64,000 bases of DNA from Eledone cirrhosa (Eukaryota): contig OZ024748.1 in assembly GCA_964016885.1 (NCBI GenBank), positions 13,454,001 through 13,518,000 of the forward strand, read 5' to 3'. Position 1 is the first letter of the stretch. Each line of letters opens with the position of its first letter. The notes beneath the pieces are model-generated. The model saw nothing but the letters and a program-made list of their open reading frames with translations, did no database searches and was not told the DNA's origin. This document shows positions 13,975 to 30,160 of the stretch, in pieces. A program made the translations under genes and the position numbers.

Positions 13975-14566
13975 GGATCCGCGTGTCCTGTATGTGTATG
14001 TGGTTCATGTATATACACGTATATATGAATATGTATATGTATATACACATGTATATAAGTACATAACTACGTATTCACTGAAAATCTATATTCTATTTGT
14101 AATAGATGCCTAGACAGTACATTAGACTCTGTCTCTCAGCCCCCATTCCCGCTCTTCACCTCCACCACAAAATCGGTGCCTCGTTTTCTCTTTGCCTCCA
14201 TCATGGAGCCTTTGAAACTTTAATCGATGTCCAGACAACCTGTCTGCCTGGATCCACCTTCGTTGCTGCTGATACTGTTGTATTCCAGCAGCTGTAACCG
14301 CTGTTGTTGTTGTCCTTGTTGATGTTTATACTGTTGCTGCTGATGATGATGATGGTTACGATTATGATGATGATGATGATGATGATTATGATGATGATCA
14401 TGATGGCTATGACGATGATGATCATGATGATTATGATGATGATAGTGATGGCATTGATGCTAACGTCATTAGAATTTCATTAATTTTTCCAGTTGTTAAA
14501 CGGTCGCCTAAAACACTTAAGCTAGGTAGCCAGATATTATATATACGTATAGTGGTAGATAGATGT

Positions 14567-14567
<1 letters not shown>

Positions 14568-14662
<95 letters not shown>
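14568..14662. repeat. (GATA)n microsatellite
   Basis: Read directly from the sequence. Confidence 0.95.
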
Positions 14663-14663
<1 letters not shown>

Positions 14664-14718
14664 AATTGAGAAGAAAGTGTGTGACAGAAAACGTCTGCCC
14701 GACAATAACAGAAAGTGT

Positions 14719-14767
<49 letters not shown>

Positions 14768-14769
<2 letters not shown>

Positions 14770-15153
14770 CAGGAAATGCTTAGGATTATCCTGAATGCAG
14801 TAATGGTTAATTACTACACTAAATAGAGTCGATGTACGGTGAGAGGTTACTCAACGAGTTATGGAAGAATAGTTGGAAAAACTCACAGTTTCTGATCCTT
14901 CTGTATTCCGGAGTGTAGATAAAGAATGAATAATAACAGGTAGACATCATAAAAGGTAATTTATTCTGAGTGCTTACAAATGTTTCAACAGTAGCTATAC
15001 AGCCTAGACATTCTATGTGCAAATTGGTGGTTATTTGATTGCGGAAACTCAATTTTCAAATAATCACCAAGTTGCACATAGCATGTCTAGCCTGTATAAC
15101 TACTGTTGAAACATTTGTAAGCACTCGGAATTTTTACCCTGTTATTATTCATT
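14768..15153. mobile_element. Fold-back element between (TA)n tracts (inverted repeat 14925-15153)
   Basis: aatgaataataacagg...gagtgcttacaaatgtttcaacagtag is inverted as ctactgttgaaacatttgtaagcactc...cctgttattattcatt. Confidence 0.75.
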
Positions 15154-15163
15154 ATATATATAT

Positions 15164-16043
15164 GTTTATATTCATAGAAATCTGGGACTTGTCTCTTTCT
15201 TCTCACTTTCCGTTGCTTAAACCATGTTGTTTGTTCACCCTAACGTCCACTTTATTTACGTGTCCCAACGACTTTTTTTAGCCGTTGTTCGCACCAACCT
15301 GAGGTATATGGCCCTTAAAGCGATGAAATGCCTGGGACGGTTGGAGGGTCACTGATGAAGGACTTACTTTTTCCTATGTATCCCATTTGCAACGCGCAGC
15401 TCCATTATTATCATATTTACACATTTTTTCCTCGGCTGCCACCCGTCTGTTTCGTTCTTTGTATCTTTACCCTTTCTAGCAGTCTCTCTCTCTGTTAGCC
15501 TCCTCCTCAACTTTCACTCACTCATTCTCTGTCACTACCTCTCCTCCTCCTCCTCTTTCCTCCTCTTTTTTCCCGCTTGACCTGTCCGATTTCTTTTCTC
15601 GCGCGTTCTTGGTCAAGCCGGTATGAATTTTTTTTCTCTCTTTCTCTCTCGTCTGCGACTTCACAGAACTTATGTTTACCGAATTCGCAGACCAGACCCC
15701 TTCTTCTTCCCCCCGTTAGACCTGTGCGAAATTCCTTCCTTGCTCACATTTCAACCAGGTTTGATGGTCTTTTGTCTCTTGTTCACGATTTCACCGAGTT
15801 TATATTCATAGAAATCTGGGACTTGTCTCTTTCTTCTCACTTTCCGTTGCTTAAACCATTTTGTCTGTTCACCCTAATGTCCCCTTCATTTACGTGTCCC
15901 AACGACTTTTTTTAGCCGTTGTTCGCACCAACCTGAGGTATATGGCCCTTAAAGCGATGAAATGCCTGGGACGGTTGGAGGGTCACTGATGAAGGACTTA
16001 CTTTTTCCTATGTATCCCATTTGCAACGCGCAACTCCATTATT

Positions 16044-16050
<7 letters not shown>
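15164..16050 (+). mobile_element. Non-coding element bounded by 253-bp direct repeats (15164-15416 and 15798-16050)
   Basis: Near-identical direct repeats surround a 381-nt pyrimidine-rich core, with (TA)n on both sides and no TG...CA ends. This resembles a partial-tandem pseudo-LTR. Confidence 0.8.
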
Positions 16051-16101
<51 letters not shown>

Positions 16102-16105
<4 letters not shown>

Positions 16106-16313
16106 ACGACGGAAAGTGTGGTAAGGAACCAGGTGGACCATAACGCACCAGAGTACTCGATACTTAGGTTAGTAAAGTGGGTAATAGGAAAAGAGTCAAG
16201 ACCCCGACGGCAGAGCTCAACCCGTTTCGACGGTTATTTCTGGACCTAGCCATGGTTCAGAAATAGCCGTCGAAACGGCTTGAGCTCTGCCGTCGGCGTC
16301 ATGACTCTTTTCC

Positions 16314-16316
<3 letters not shown>
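16102..16316 (-). mobile_element. Element family of about 200 bp with a terminal hairpin, in (TA)n, copy 1
   Basis: Homologous to 26570-26757, 35620-35816, 53019-53215, partial 31372-31463 and diverged 45614-45740. Hairpin is gagctcaa.ccgtttcgac...gtcgaaacggcttgagctc. Confidence 0.85.
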
Positions 16317-16346
<30 letters not shown>

Positions 16347-16420
16347 ATATGTATATATGTATGTATGTATACATATATATGTATAGGTATGTATATATAT
16401 GTATGTGTGTATATATATGC

Positions 16421-17153
<733 letters not shown>

Positions 17154-17213
17154 TAAGCTCTGTAATCTACATAGAGCACTCTTTTTTCTTGTACCTTTCA
17201 GACGGAAATACTT

Positions 17214-17298
<85 letters not shown>

Positions 17299-18049
17299 GC
17301 TTGTGCGGTAACGACGATAAATTTATTTTGCAAGGGTTTTGATATGAAATCGTAAGTTGAAAGAAACATTGTTATATTTGGGACAATATGACCTTCCCCA
17401 AATATAACAATGTTTCTTTATATATATATATTTATATATATATACATAACACTTTATATATTTATATATATATATATATATATTAATTACAACAATATGA
17501 CCCTCCCCAAGTATAACAATATATATATATATATATATATATCGTATATTCTCTCTAGTAACTGTAGATCTCATACAAAAGTCGACGAGGTATTTTTAAC
17601 CAAAAGATCTGGAATTTTGCATAGACCTCGTATAAAAGTAGACCCTAGCATTTCATTAACAACAGGTCAACGTTTGTGGGTCAAGATACTTTCCTATATG
17701 TAGAAATAACACTGTTACAAATTCGTCATGATTGTGGTTCTAATTTTTATTTAATTGAATATGATATTAAAAGTGTTAAGTTGAACTAAATTAATTATAA
17801 ATAAAAATGCTGATTTGAACCAGGAGTATAAAAATGATGTGATTCCAGAGTCGTGATTCGAAACTCACTGACCAGGTATCGGCCATGTGCACAGTATTAC
17901 AGTAGGTTGTGCTATACCGGTAGATATATCACACATTGTAATATACAGTAATCATAAGATTAAATTGATTGCACTAAGCTAGTCTGTTAAGTTTGATGGA
18001 TACGAGTAAAAGATAATGTGTGAATATTCATAAGAGCTCCGCGGCGTGT

Positions 18050-18150
18050 TTACAGATGTTATTTACTAGGAAGTGTGTGATGTGTAGAATCGGTAATATT
18101 ATTGTAATTCATTAAGATTTTATTCGTTTAGAGATCAGTTGAACATCTGC
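18050..18150 (+). pseudogene. Possible second, heavily decayed GIY-YIG-like remnant
   Basis: Reads TDVIY*EVCDV*NR*YYCNSLRFYSFR, then EH after a frameshift. The spacing resembles VIY..C...YIG.S.R...R..EH, but there are several stops. Confidence 0.25.
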
Positions 18151-18908
18151 TGCTGATAAGGTGCTTTGGACTCAAGCTGGAATTTCAAGCCCTTCAAAAT
18201 TAGTATCTAATAATCCCATGGATTTAATCTTAGAAAATAGCCCCAACATTTCGACTTTTACACAGGGATGTCATCAAATGGTCCCAGCGGGCAGGTATGC
18301 AATGGGGTTATTCCGGGGATAGCTAATGAGATGCAATGAATGAGCCAGTCTAACTCACCGGGGTTATCAGGTCGATATAGCCTTCTGGTCCAAGCGGACA
18401 GGCTTGGAATGGTGTATCTCCTGAAGAAGCTATTGAGAGGCAATGAAAGAGCTAGTCCAACACACAGTGGTCATCAGGTGAACGTCACTTAATGGTCCAA
18501 GTGAACATGCTTGCAAGGATGTATCTCCGGAACGTAAGCAGTGATTTGAACTGAAAGAGTCAGTGGTCCTACCGAGGTGGTACACAGCTAGATAAATGAT
18601 GATACATATAGAGATAAGTCTCTTGATGTTTTGTAATCAATAGCTCTACCTTTCCTTTCTCAAGTGTGTTTTCACAACAATATGTAGGTCATTCTGCTCC
18701 TTGTCACAACTTTGCTTGTTTATGAGTTTCGTAATTGTCCTTGAAGAGGAAGTTTCGCTTCCCAGTTAGTAATCATATTCAAAAGTGAAATATCCTTTTG
18801 TATATATGTATATTTCCTTCTTTAGTTGGTTTATTTATTGCTGCTTATTTCTTTCTTTAAATTTTTACGTTTCGGGTATCCATTTCTGAAGTGTGAGTGT
18901 GTGTCTCA

Positions 18909-18943
<35 letters not shown>

Positions 18944-19066
18944 AACAGACACTCATATATATGTATATACATATACATACATATGTGTACATGTATATAT
19001 ATATATGTACATAAATACATACACACACAATCACTCACACAATCACACTCACACACACACACACAT

Positions 19067-19140
<74 letters not shown>

Positions 19141-19821
19141 TATATATGTATATATATATGTGTGTGTATGTGTGTTTGTCTGTGTAAGTGTGCAAGTGTA
19201 GGTAACTTAGAGTACTGGTTTTATCAGGTTTCACCAATGTTTGATGTAATAGTCTGCCTTTTGTATTTATAAGTATTTATAAGTTATAGGAAACTCTTCG
19301 CAAAGGTCCTGTAAGCCATCACTGACAACAGCTAGGTACGTATCCCTCCTCCATTTTGTCTTGGTATGTATATCCGGCCCCGTCTTTGTGTATGCGTTTC
19401 TGTCTACATGTCGCTCTGTAAGTGTACATGTTTATATGTGGGTATGTGTTCGTATGCGTGTATGTGTGCATACGTATATATGTAAGTATGTATGCATAGA
19501 TATACGCACATATGTTTATGTATATTTATAAGTATATGTAAATGTATGGGTGTTTGTCCGTCTATGGGAGCATGTGTATGTGTATGTGTATGTGTGTCTT
19601 TGTATAAGTGTGTGCGTGCATGTCCTCTAGTATATGATGTAATCTAAAGGATTGTTAACTACCCTCAATGCCATAGTCTGTAAATATATGTACACAATCT
19701 GTTTCTGATGTATTAAATCAAGACTACTCTTACATGGAGCTTTGTTTCTTCTATTCCCCTCTATCCTTCACCAACTCTGTCTCTCTTTCATCCCCTCTTT
19801 CTCTGTCTTTCGCCCTCAGTG

Positions 19822-19903
<82 letters not shown>

Positions 19904-19918
19904 AATATATATATATAT

Positions 19919-20004
<86 letters not shown>

Positions 20005-20027
20005 TATACACATATACATGTGTGTGT

Positions 20028-20066
<39 letters not shown>

Positions 20067-20459
20067 GTGTGCGTGCGTGTGTGTGTGTAAATATATGTGT
20101 GTGTGATATATGATGTAGCATGATATATCCAGTTTTTACTGATGATATCTAGCTACAATATATATAGATCTGATTTCTCTCCAATTCTATTAACTGTATT
20201 ATCAGATCAATGTTCATTCTCTCATCGATTTATACAGATATACATACCCCTTTTCAGGCAAGTAATTCTGACACACCTATTACGTCAATGACACTCTGTT
20301 GGTAACAGACCGATGGAAGTTTATTATTCTGGATAATTACTTACATCTGCCTGTTTGAACCAGCATATATCTTCATATCGCTACTGAGGAGATAAGATTT
20401 GGCCGCCATTTTGTGTAATGATAATAACTGTGGTGTGTGTGAGCACGTTTATGTGTTTG

Positions 20460-20540
<81 letters not shown>

Positions 20541-21109
20541 GTCGGTCTGTATACGTGTGTATGTGTATGCGTCTGTATCTAGATGTATATATATATATGT
20601 GTGTCCGTCGGTCTGTATACGTGTGTATGTGTATGTGTCTGTGTTAGTTGACTCTGAATATATATCTGTCTGTGTTAGTTGGCTCTGAATGTATGTATGT
20701 GTCTCTGTGTGTGAATGTGGGTCTGTATGTGTGTAAGCTGATCGACATGTTAGGCATAGCAGTGAATTTAATACAGATGAGATAACGGTTATCGCTCATT
20801 TTAATTGGTAGCCATTTTGTGTAGAGATTATAACTGTATTAAGAAAACGATGGATGCTTCTACGTGGCTGATCGATCTGTCAGGAATAGCAGTAAAATCC
20901 CGCCCTAGTCACACCATACCACTGTTAAAAGGAAAGAGACAAAGAAAAAGGTAGTAAAATAATTAAGTCTAAAAATAAAACGGGATAATCACGGCTTCTA
21001 TGTCTTTCATCATAGAAATGTTGATTAAAGAATATACTAGAGCTAGCGATCAATCAACATGATATAATAGGAGTATGACAAACACGAGAGAACAGGAGTA
21101 TAACTAATG

Positions 21110-21203
21110 TGAAGGCGCGTAGCTTAGTGGTTAGAGAATTGGATTCACGTTCATGAGGTTGCGAGATCGATTCACAGACCGGGCGATGTGTTACGTCTTT
21201 GAG
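21110..21203 (+). mobile_element. SINE family B, tRNA-like head only
   Basis: gaaggcgcgtagcttagtggttagagaattggattc...gagatcgattc. Confidence 0.7.
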
Positions 21204-21482
21204 TAATTTAAAGGCTAATGGAAACATGGGATTAAATAGAGCTATATAGATATAAAGTAAACAAATGAAGTCTAGGATCTTGTCGATCTTTACAAAAAGT
21301 GACTAACTCGTCGTTACTTTAGCTGGACAAAATTAATAGACGCTAGTTGTCGATCAGGTATAAGAAGGAGATATTATATATGTTCTCTGGATGAAACCTT
21401 AAGCAAGCAAAGAGCACAAAGAGAAGTTAATATTACATTATCTTGAGAGATAACAATTTAAAAATCACCTGGTACAACAACA

Positions 21483-21648
<166 letters not shown>

Positions 21649-21900
21649 TCACAAACATACACACACACACATATATAAATGTGTGTGTATATATAAATAT
21701 ATATATATATGTATATATATATACATATATATATATATAGGATAACACGCTTTCACTACATATGTATATATGTATGTATATATATATATATATTATGAAT
21801 TACTGTGGGCTGTTCACTATATATGTATATATGTATGTATATATGTATGTATATATATTATGAATTACTGTTGGCTTCTTGCTCACATTAATTTCTCTAT

Positions 21901-21944
<44 letters not shown>

Positions 21945-22288
21945 GCATATACATAGATATCATGTAATATTTACAAAAAAGTTTTCTCACTCTCTCTTGT
22001 TCTCTGTCTCTCTCTCTATCGGTTTATTTTCTCTTACTCTCTCACTCTCTTTTTCTCTCTCGCTAACACTTTGTGTGTCTCACCACCAGAAACTTCGCTG
22101 TAACTACCTCTATATATGTCACAATAAATCTTCGATCAAGGAATGAATAAAAGACAGACTAGTAAAACCAGGAATAGCCATCCATTTGGCATAAAACTGC
22201 AGACACTTTTAATAATGGAACCTCCAAAATTATACATTTTATGAGCCATGCATCACAGGCGTGTACATAAGCATATGCATAAATGCAT

Positions 22289-22380
<92 letters not shown>

Positions 22381-23283
22381 ACACACACACACACACCATA
22401 TATATATATACTTATATATATACATATATATTTATACATATATATAGAGAGAGAGAGATGACGTTAATTATTTTCCATTTTGACGTTATAGTCACTTATA
22501 TATTATGAAATACTGTTGGCTTCTTGCTCACAATAATTTCTATAGTTATATATATTTATATATATTTATATATATATATATATAAATATATATACATATA
22601 TATTATATATATATTTATTTATATATATATATAAATATATAAATATTTATATATACATATATAATATATGTATGTATATATAATATAAATGTATGTATAT
22701 GTACATATGTCTATATCTTTATGTTCGTATGCATTTAGGTTTCCACATGGAATCATAGAGACCTATATATAAATAAATTGGAAGTAAGAACCGTCTAACT
22801 TAAACCATTTATATATAAATCAGAAGAGTTATACCATGTATTGTTAACTTGCTAACAATACTGTTGCAGGCATAACCCATACCTAAGTCCATGCACACTG
22901 AACAGTTGATTCTAGTTCATGGCTGCTTCGATATACATAACATTTCATGGGCGTATTGAGGGCTGTAATATGATTTGAATTCAGAGAGCACAAGTGGCAC
23001 CAACAATAACTGCAAAGCTTTATACTCAAGCCTTTCAGAGTTCGATTTGGGGGAGATGGTTATCTCCCCTATCCAACCTCTTTAATTGAAACTTTGATAC
23101 ATGTTGCCTTGTATTTAGGGTGTCTGTCTTAGAAGCATATGTTCTTGAATTCTGATGCGGCGCTGGGGGCTTCGTTGGGTCCTTTATTAAGACTAATTAT
23201 CTCACGTTTCTTGACAGGACTTTGATTGCTATCATTAAAACAGCCGAGATTCATCGTATGAGATTCAAACTCAAATGAGATAA

Positions 23284-23655
23284 GCTAAACCTACCTAGGT
23301 ATGATCTGTAATAAAAAGTCCAATAAACAGTATAGGAGTATGGTTCCTATTATTAAAATACCTGTAAACCCTTGGTGTGTGATGCAACTTTGATGGAGGG
23401 CAGCTAAACCTACCTAGGTGTGAGCTGTAATAAAAACAACTGTATAGGACTATTGTTCCTATTATTAAAATACCTGTAAACCCTTGGTGTGTGATGCAAC
23501 TTTGATGGAGGGCAGTTAAACCTACCTAGGTGTGAGCTGTAATAAAAACAACTGTATAGGACTATTGTTCCTATTATTAAAACACCTGTAAACTCTTCCT
23601 ATGAGATGCAGCATTGTTGGAGGGCAACTAAACCTACCTAGGTGTGAGTTGTAAT
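23284..23655. repeat. Tandem repeat with a unit of about 112-119 bp, about 3.2 copies
   Basis: The unit beginning (g/a)ctaaacctacctaggtgtgagctgtaat recurs at 23284, 23403, 23515 and 23627. Confidence 0.92.
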
Positions 23656-24044
23656 TTTTTTTTTTATATTCTTACACCCCATTTATATAATTTGTCGCCT
23701 AGTCGCGTGTCGACTTCATATGTCAATCACTATATAACACACACTTTCTCTCTCTCTCACCACCTCTCTCCCTTTTATGTTTTATTTCTCACTATTTCTC
23801 TCTATTTCTTTCTATTTTTGCCACCTGCCATTAACTCTCACTCTAATTAACACACACACACACACACACTGGCACACACTGGCATACACACATGCTCACA
23901 CAAACACAAACAAAACAACTTTTTCTTTTTCCTTTCCTTCTCTAATTATCTTTCGTCTTTACATACTTCTTCCCCCTCGTGTCTTTAAATATTTCTACAG
24001 CGTCCATTCACAACTACCACGGTATGTAAGGAAACCTTCATTTG

Positions 24045-24137
24045 ATGGTGTTGTTATTGTTGTTGGTGGTAGTTAGTTATTGTTTGTGTTGGCGTTGCTG
24101 TTGTCGTCGTTGCTCTTGTTGTTGTTGTTGTTATCAG

Positions 24138-24173
<36 letters not shown>

Positions 24174-24573
24174 CGTTGCTGTTGTTGTTGTTAATGCCGT
24201 TACTATCGTTGTCGTTATTGTTGTTGTCGGTGTTGATGTTGTTGTCGTTGTTGTTATTGCTTTTGTCGTCTTTGTTGTTGTTGTTGTTGTTGTTGTCGTT
24301 GTTATTGCTGTTGTTATTGATGGTGTTGCTGTTGTTAATCTTGGTGAGGTTGTTGTTGCTGTTATTATTAATGTAGATGGTGGTGTTGGTGGCGTCTCCA
24401 TCGCCATCGTTATTGTGTTATTGTTGTTATTATTGTTGTTGTGGTAGTTGAGTTGGTGCTGGTGTCGATGTTGGTGGAGTTGTGGGTGATCGAGTTGTTG
24501 TTGTTGCTGTTATTATTCTTTTCATCGTCGCTCTTGTCGTTGTTACTATGTTATTATTGGTTCAATCGAAATC

Positions 24574-24619
<46 letters not shown>

Positions 24620-24640
24620 TTGGTGGTGGTGTTTGTGGTG
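24045..24640. repeat. Degenerate (GTT)n/(GTA)n trinucleotide tract
   Basis: Read directly from the sequence. Confidence 0.9.
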
Positions 24641-24852
24641 GTGCTATTATTTAATTTCAATTTTTTGTGGGGTTTATTACATTTTCTTTCTTTTTTTCCC
24701 TATTGTGTTGAAATGTTACCGTATGCAAGAAGTGGAGAAAAGTCCCTGCCACATATAGCTCAACCCTGCCACATATAGCTCTCTCAACCCCAGAGAAACA
24801 CAAACAAAAATAACAACAGTAACAATAACAAACACAATAGAAGAGGAAGACC

Positions 24853-24981
24853 GAGAAGAAGAAGAAGAAGAAGAAGAAGAAGAAGAAGAAGAAGAAGAAG
24901 AAGAAGAAGAAGAAGAAGAAGAAGAAGAAGAAGAAGAAGAAGAAGAAGAAGAAGAAGAAGAAGAAGAAGAAGAAGAAGAAG
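24853..24981. repeat. (GAA)n microsatellite
   Basis: Read directly from the sequence. Confidence 0.95.
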
Positions 24982-25279
24982 ATACAACTTAAATATGATT
25001 GAGGAAAATAATTTAAGAAGATGAAAGGAAAAATTATAACATGAAATTTGTGAAAACGCAAAAAAAAAGGATAAAATCATTCATTGAATGAAAGTGAAGG
25101 AATATTTTTCTTTATTTCCCATACAGAGATTATATATTACTATGTAGTTAGGAGAATATCTAGGTAGGAAACATTATTATTATTGTTATTATTATTATCA
25201 TTATTATAAATAAGTTATAGCAATATACGAATGTAGAAATACACATGTAAAAACACAGACATAACCATATGTATGTATG

Positions 25280-25433
<154 letters not shown>

Positions 25434-25482
25434 CATATATATATATATATGTATATACATATATACATATATATATATAAAG

Positions 25483-25708
25483 AACCATCGACTTTCGTCA
25501 AATCCGACCGAGGTAACAGTGTTTACATTCGTCTTTCCAATTGCCAATACTACTAATACTATCTATCGGTCGCAACCCCAGGTAGAAGGAACAGAGTGAA
25601 ATAAAGTGTCTTGCTCAAGGACATAACGCATCCCCCGGTCCGGGAATCGAACTCATAACCTCACCATTGCGAATCCAATTCTCTAACCACTCAGCGACAA
25701 GCCTTCAT
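25483..25708 (-). mobile_element. CORE-type SINE family B
   Basis: Reverse complement of the 10993-11210 family. Confidence 0.85.
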
Positions 25709-25742
25709 ATGTATATATATGTATGTGTGTATATGTGTGTGT

Positions 25743-25805
<63 letters not shown>

Positions 25806-25848
25806 AGATAGATAGACACATATATGTATATATAAATATATATATATT

Positions 25849-25880
<32 letters not shown>

Positions 25881-25887
25881 GATGTAT

Positions 25888-25993
<106 letters not shown>

Positions 25994-26444
25994 ATGTGTG
26001 TGTATACATACATATGTGTATATACATACATATATATATTTATATATATACATATATATGCATATATATATATATATATATATATATGTGTCTATCTATC
26101 TTTATATATATTTATATATATATATAAGCATTTTTCTTTGTATTAAACATGAAAGTAGTTGTATAATATTAACAAAAAAGAAAACAAGAACATTTGTATT
26201 GTATTTCAAGTTGGTGTTGAGAGCAAAATACTGATAATGTTGATCGTTTCGTCAAATGCATAACATTTGTTTTACATCTATATATGTTTTCATCCTAGTT
26301 TACGTATATACACACGTACATTATATATATTACATTATGTTATGATAACTTATAAATCTGTAGTGTGTGGAATCCAAGATAGTCTATGGAAATCTATGTT
26401 GAACATATTAATATGTGAATGAAAAAAAGACAAAGGCACATATA

Positions 26445-26808
<364 letters not shown>

Positions 26809-26819
26809 GTTTGTTTCTG

Positions 26820-26855
<36 letters not shown>

Positions 26856-27015
26856 CAAATAAATATATGTGAGATGAACACCTATACATGTGTTCGAATT
26901 GCAAATGACCAAGTTACCCGGGTAGAAAAATATATATATGCATATACGTATATATATATATATATATATATAAATATATAGCGATTCTTTGCTTAAACTT
27001 TAATCTGTTATTTTA

Positions 27016-27068
<53 letters not shown>

Positions 27069-27326
27069 CATATATATGTATATATACATATGTGTATAGA
27101 TATATATGTGTGTATATATAAATATGTATATATACATATGTATACATACATATATATGTATGTATACCTATTTATATATGTGTGTGTGTCTGTGTGTGTA
27201 CTTGCGAAATATTTTTTAATATAATTCGTGTATAATTGTTTTTTTTCTGTTTTTGATTAAAAACAGGTTGAGTAGATTTCTGTAGTATTATGAAAAAATA
27301 AAATTGATTTAAAAAATATTTAAATT

Positions 27327-27406
<80 letters not shown>

Positions 27407-27505
27407 TATATATATATATACGTATTTATATGCATATATCTAAATATGTATACCTATATATATATATATATATATAGATATACATATTTAGATATATGCA
27501 TATAA

Positions 27506-27632
<127 letters not shown>

Positions 27633-27696
27633 TATATACATATATATGAATATGTATATTTATATACATATATATGTATTTATATATATATACATA

Positions 27697-27740
<44 letters not shown>

Positions 27741-27984
27741 CATATAGATAGATAGATATATAATTATTAAATCATAAGATAATTTTAACGACAAACTGCA
27801 TATTGGACTTTCTAACTATTTACCTTTCTTCCTCTATTTTTTTTTATCTCCCTCTCTCTTTATGCCCTGTAACATTTAGCCTCTGAATACATACATATAT
27901 ACATATATATAGTTAAATGGATATATATGTGTGTCTATATATATATAGAGAGAGATATATACATGCTTATATATATCCATATAA

Positions 27985-28068
<84 letters not shown>

Positions 28069-28072
28069 GTAT

Positions 28073-28191
<119 letters not shown>

Positions 28192-28340
28192 GCAGGTATA
28201 TATATATATATAATATAAAATAAAATAAAATAAATAAGTCAAATGTTTAAAATATGCAAATTAGGCTGCTCAGCCGTTAATATGCATAAGGAAAGTATAT
28301 ATTTTCAATAATGACGTTCAATCATCTGGCAGGAAAGTAT

Positions 28341-28383
28341 ACGTTGCTGATGATAGCTAATAAGCTTGAAACTAGTACAGCGT
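28341..28383 (+). ncRNA. Minimal type I hammerhead ribozyme motif
   Basis: acgttg-CTGATGA-t-agct(aata)agct-t-GAAA-ctag-TA-cagcgt. Helix I is 6 bp and helix III is palindromic. Confidence 0.8.
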
Positions 28384-28660
28384 TCCTTTGTCAGTATTGA
28401 ATAAATGAGCAACGATGGTTGCAAGACACTGTACGGCTTAATTCGGGATGTTTGTTTACAAACACACCGAGCATTATAATAAATGTTCGGTGAATCCATA
28501 TGTACATATACATATGTGTGCATGTATGTATATATATAAGCATGTATATATCTATATATATACGGATATATATTTAAATATAAATATGTATATATATATA
28601 TAATTCTTTATATATTTATTAATGTACGTACGTACATATATATATATGTATGTACGTATG

Positions 28661-28694
<34 letters not shown>

Positions 28695-29969
28695 AACACA
28701 CATATATCTAACTATCTATATGTATATATGTATGTATTCAGATGGAATATATATATCGGTATGCAAAAGCAGCCACTTCGATCCTTTAAACGCCAAGAAT
28801 ATCTTGTAAATGTAAACGTTCCATGTAACTTTAAGACATTAGAATTTACTTAGTGCTTCTATCTATAGTTATATATCATTTGTGATTCTTCCATACCTTG
28901 TTTTGTCCGAATATCTGTATCATTATGTAAATTATGTTGGCCCCTTATAATTTCCTTCCGCTAAAATAACTTCCATGATTTATCACCGATTTCTAGATTT
29001 AAATTTCACTTAATAACTTAACCTGCGATGTGACCTTATGAAGATTTACAACGGTAAATGCAACAAGGGAGACTCTTTATAGTACATATGCTAACTAGAA
29101 ACCAAAGTCAGATTCCAATCAAATCACACACTACCATTCTTAAAATATTGAAGAATGAAGTTTTTAATTGAAGAAGTATTTGTTAATGTAGCATGGAATA
29201 TAATACCAGATAGTCACAGCTTGGACATCTTTAAATCATAGGTCTGCCCGTTCAGGTCAAACCTGGGCTTAAAACAACAAAATGATATAACTATTTCATA
29301 ACCTAATGTTTCTTATTTCATTCCTTCATGGAATTATTTTTTACAATATGATATTTTTGTTTTGCTTTCTATACACGACAGAAATTAACTTGGTTTACCC
29401 TATTAAATAACATCGTTTCTGGATTTCGTAAAATAATTTAATTCGAAGCATAATCCTTACAAGAAAAATATAAATGTAGAGGATGATGGATATTTGATTC
29501 CAGTCAGAATATCAATTATTATTTGAATATAGCACCAGTAACGCACAGGGATAATTGCTACCCTTGTGTCAAAAGGAGAAACAATTATTTGAATATTTTG
29601 AATGTTTATTTTTAATGTAGAAATAGTGGACTGTCATTGCAAAACTGGATATTTAACTAACGTTCATTAAATAAATTAGAAACGGGGACATTCAGTCATC
29701 AAGGTCAATACTGGCCCCATTTTAGTATCAGATCTGCCTTCTGCAGGTCAGTGTATCCAGAAGAATGATGAACATAAAATAATCAGGATCTAAAAGCCTG
29801 AGTGCTTGCAGCAGAGAGATCCCCATTAAAGACATCAAAACAGCACATATATCTATGATATATTAAAACAAAACCCAAAGTTCAGATGATTTGTTGCAAC
29901 ATTGCACTGTGTTATGTTTACTATCTAAGGACCAGGTGTTGCTATCACACACACTCCACTCTTATATCT

Positions 29970-30160
29970 GCGGGGGATTAGCAGTATCGATAGAAGCTCG
30001 GACGCCATGCTTTGCGGCCTAGAGTTACGCCCCTTTATAGTCTGAGTTTAAATCCCGCTGAGGTTCACTTTGCCTTTCATCCTTACGGGGTCGATAAAAT
30101 AAAGTACCAGTAATGTACTGGAATAATTGCTGGCCTTGTGCCAAAAGTAGAAACAATTAT
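29970..30160 (+). mobile_element. SINE family A
   Basis: Full-length match to the copy at 8641-8835. Confidence 0.85.

Noticed and set aside
18417-18460. CTGAAGA...GAAAgagcTA
   Set aside because: Helix I does not pair and helix II is poor, so it is probably a chance match.
23284-23655. Regularly spaced repeat resembling a CRISPR array
   Set aside because: The intervening sequence is repeated as well, so there are no unique spacers. The context is eukaryotic and no cas genes are present.
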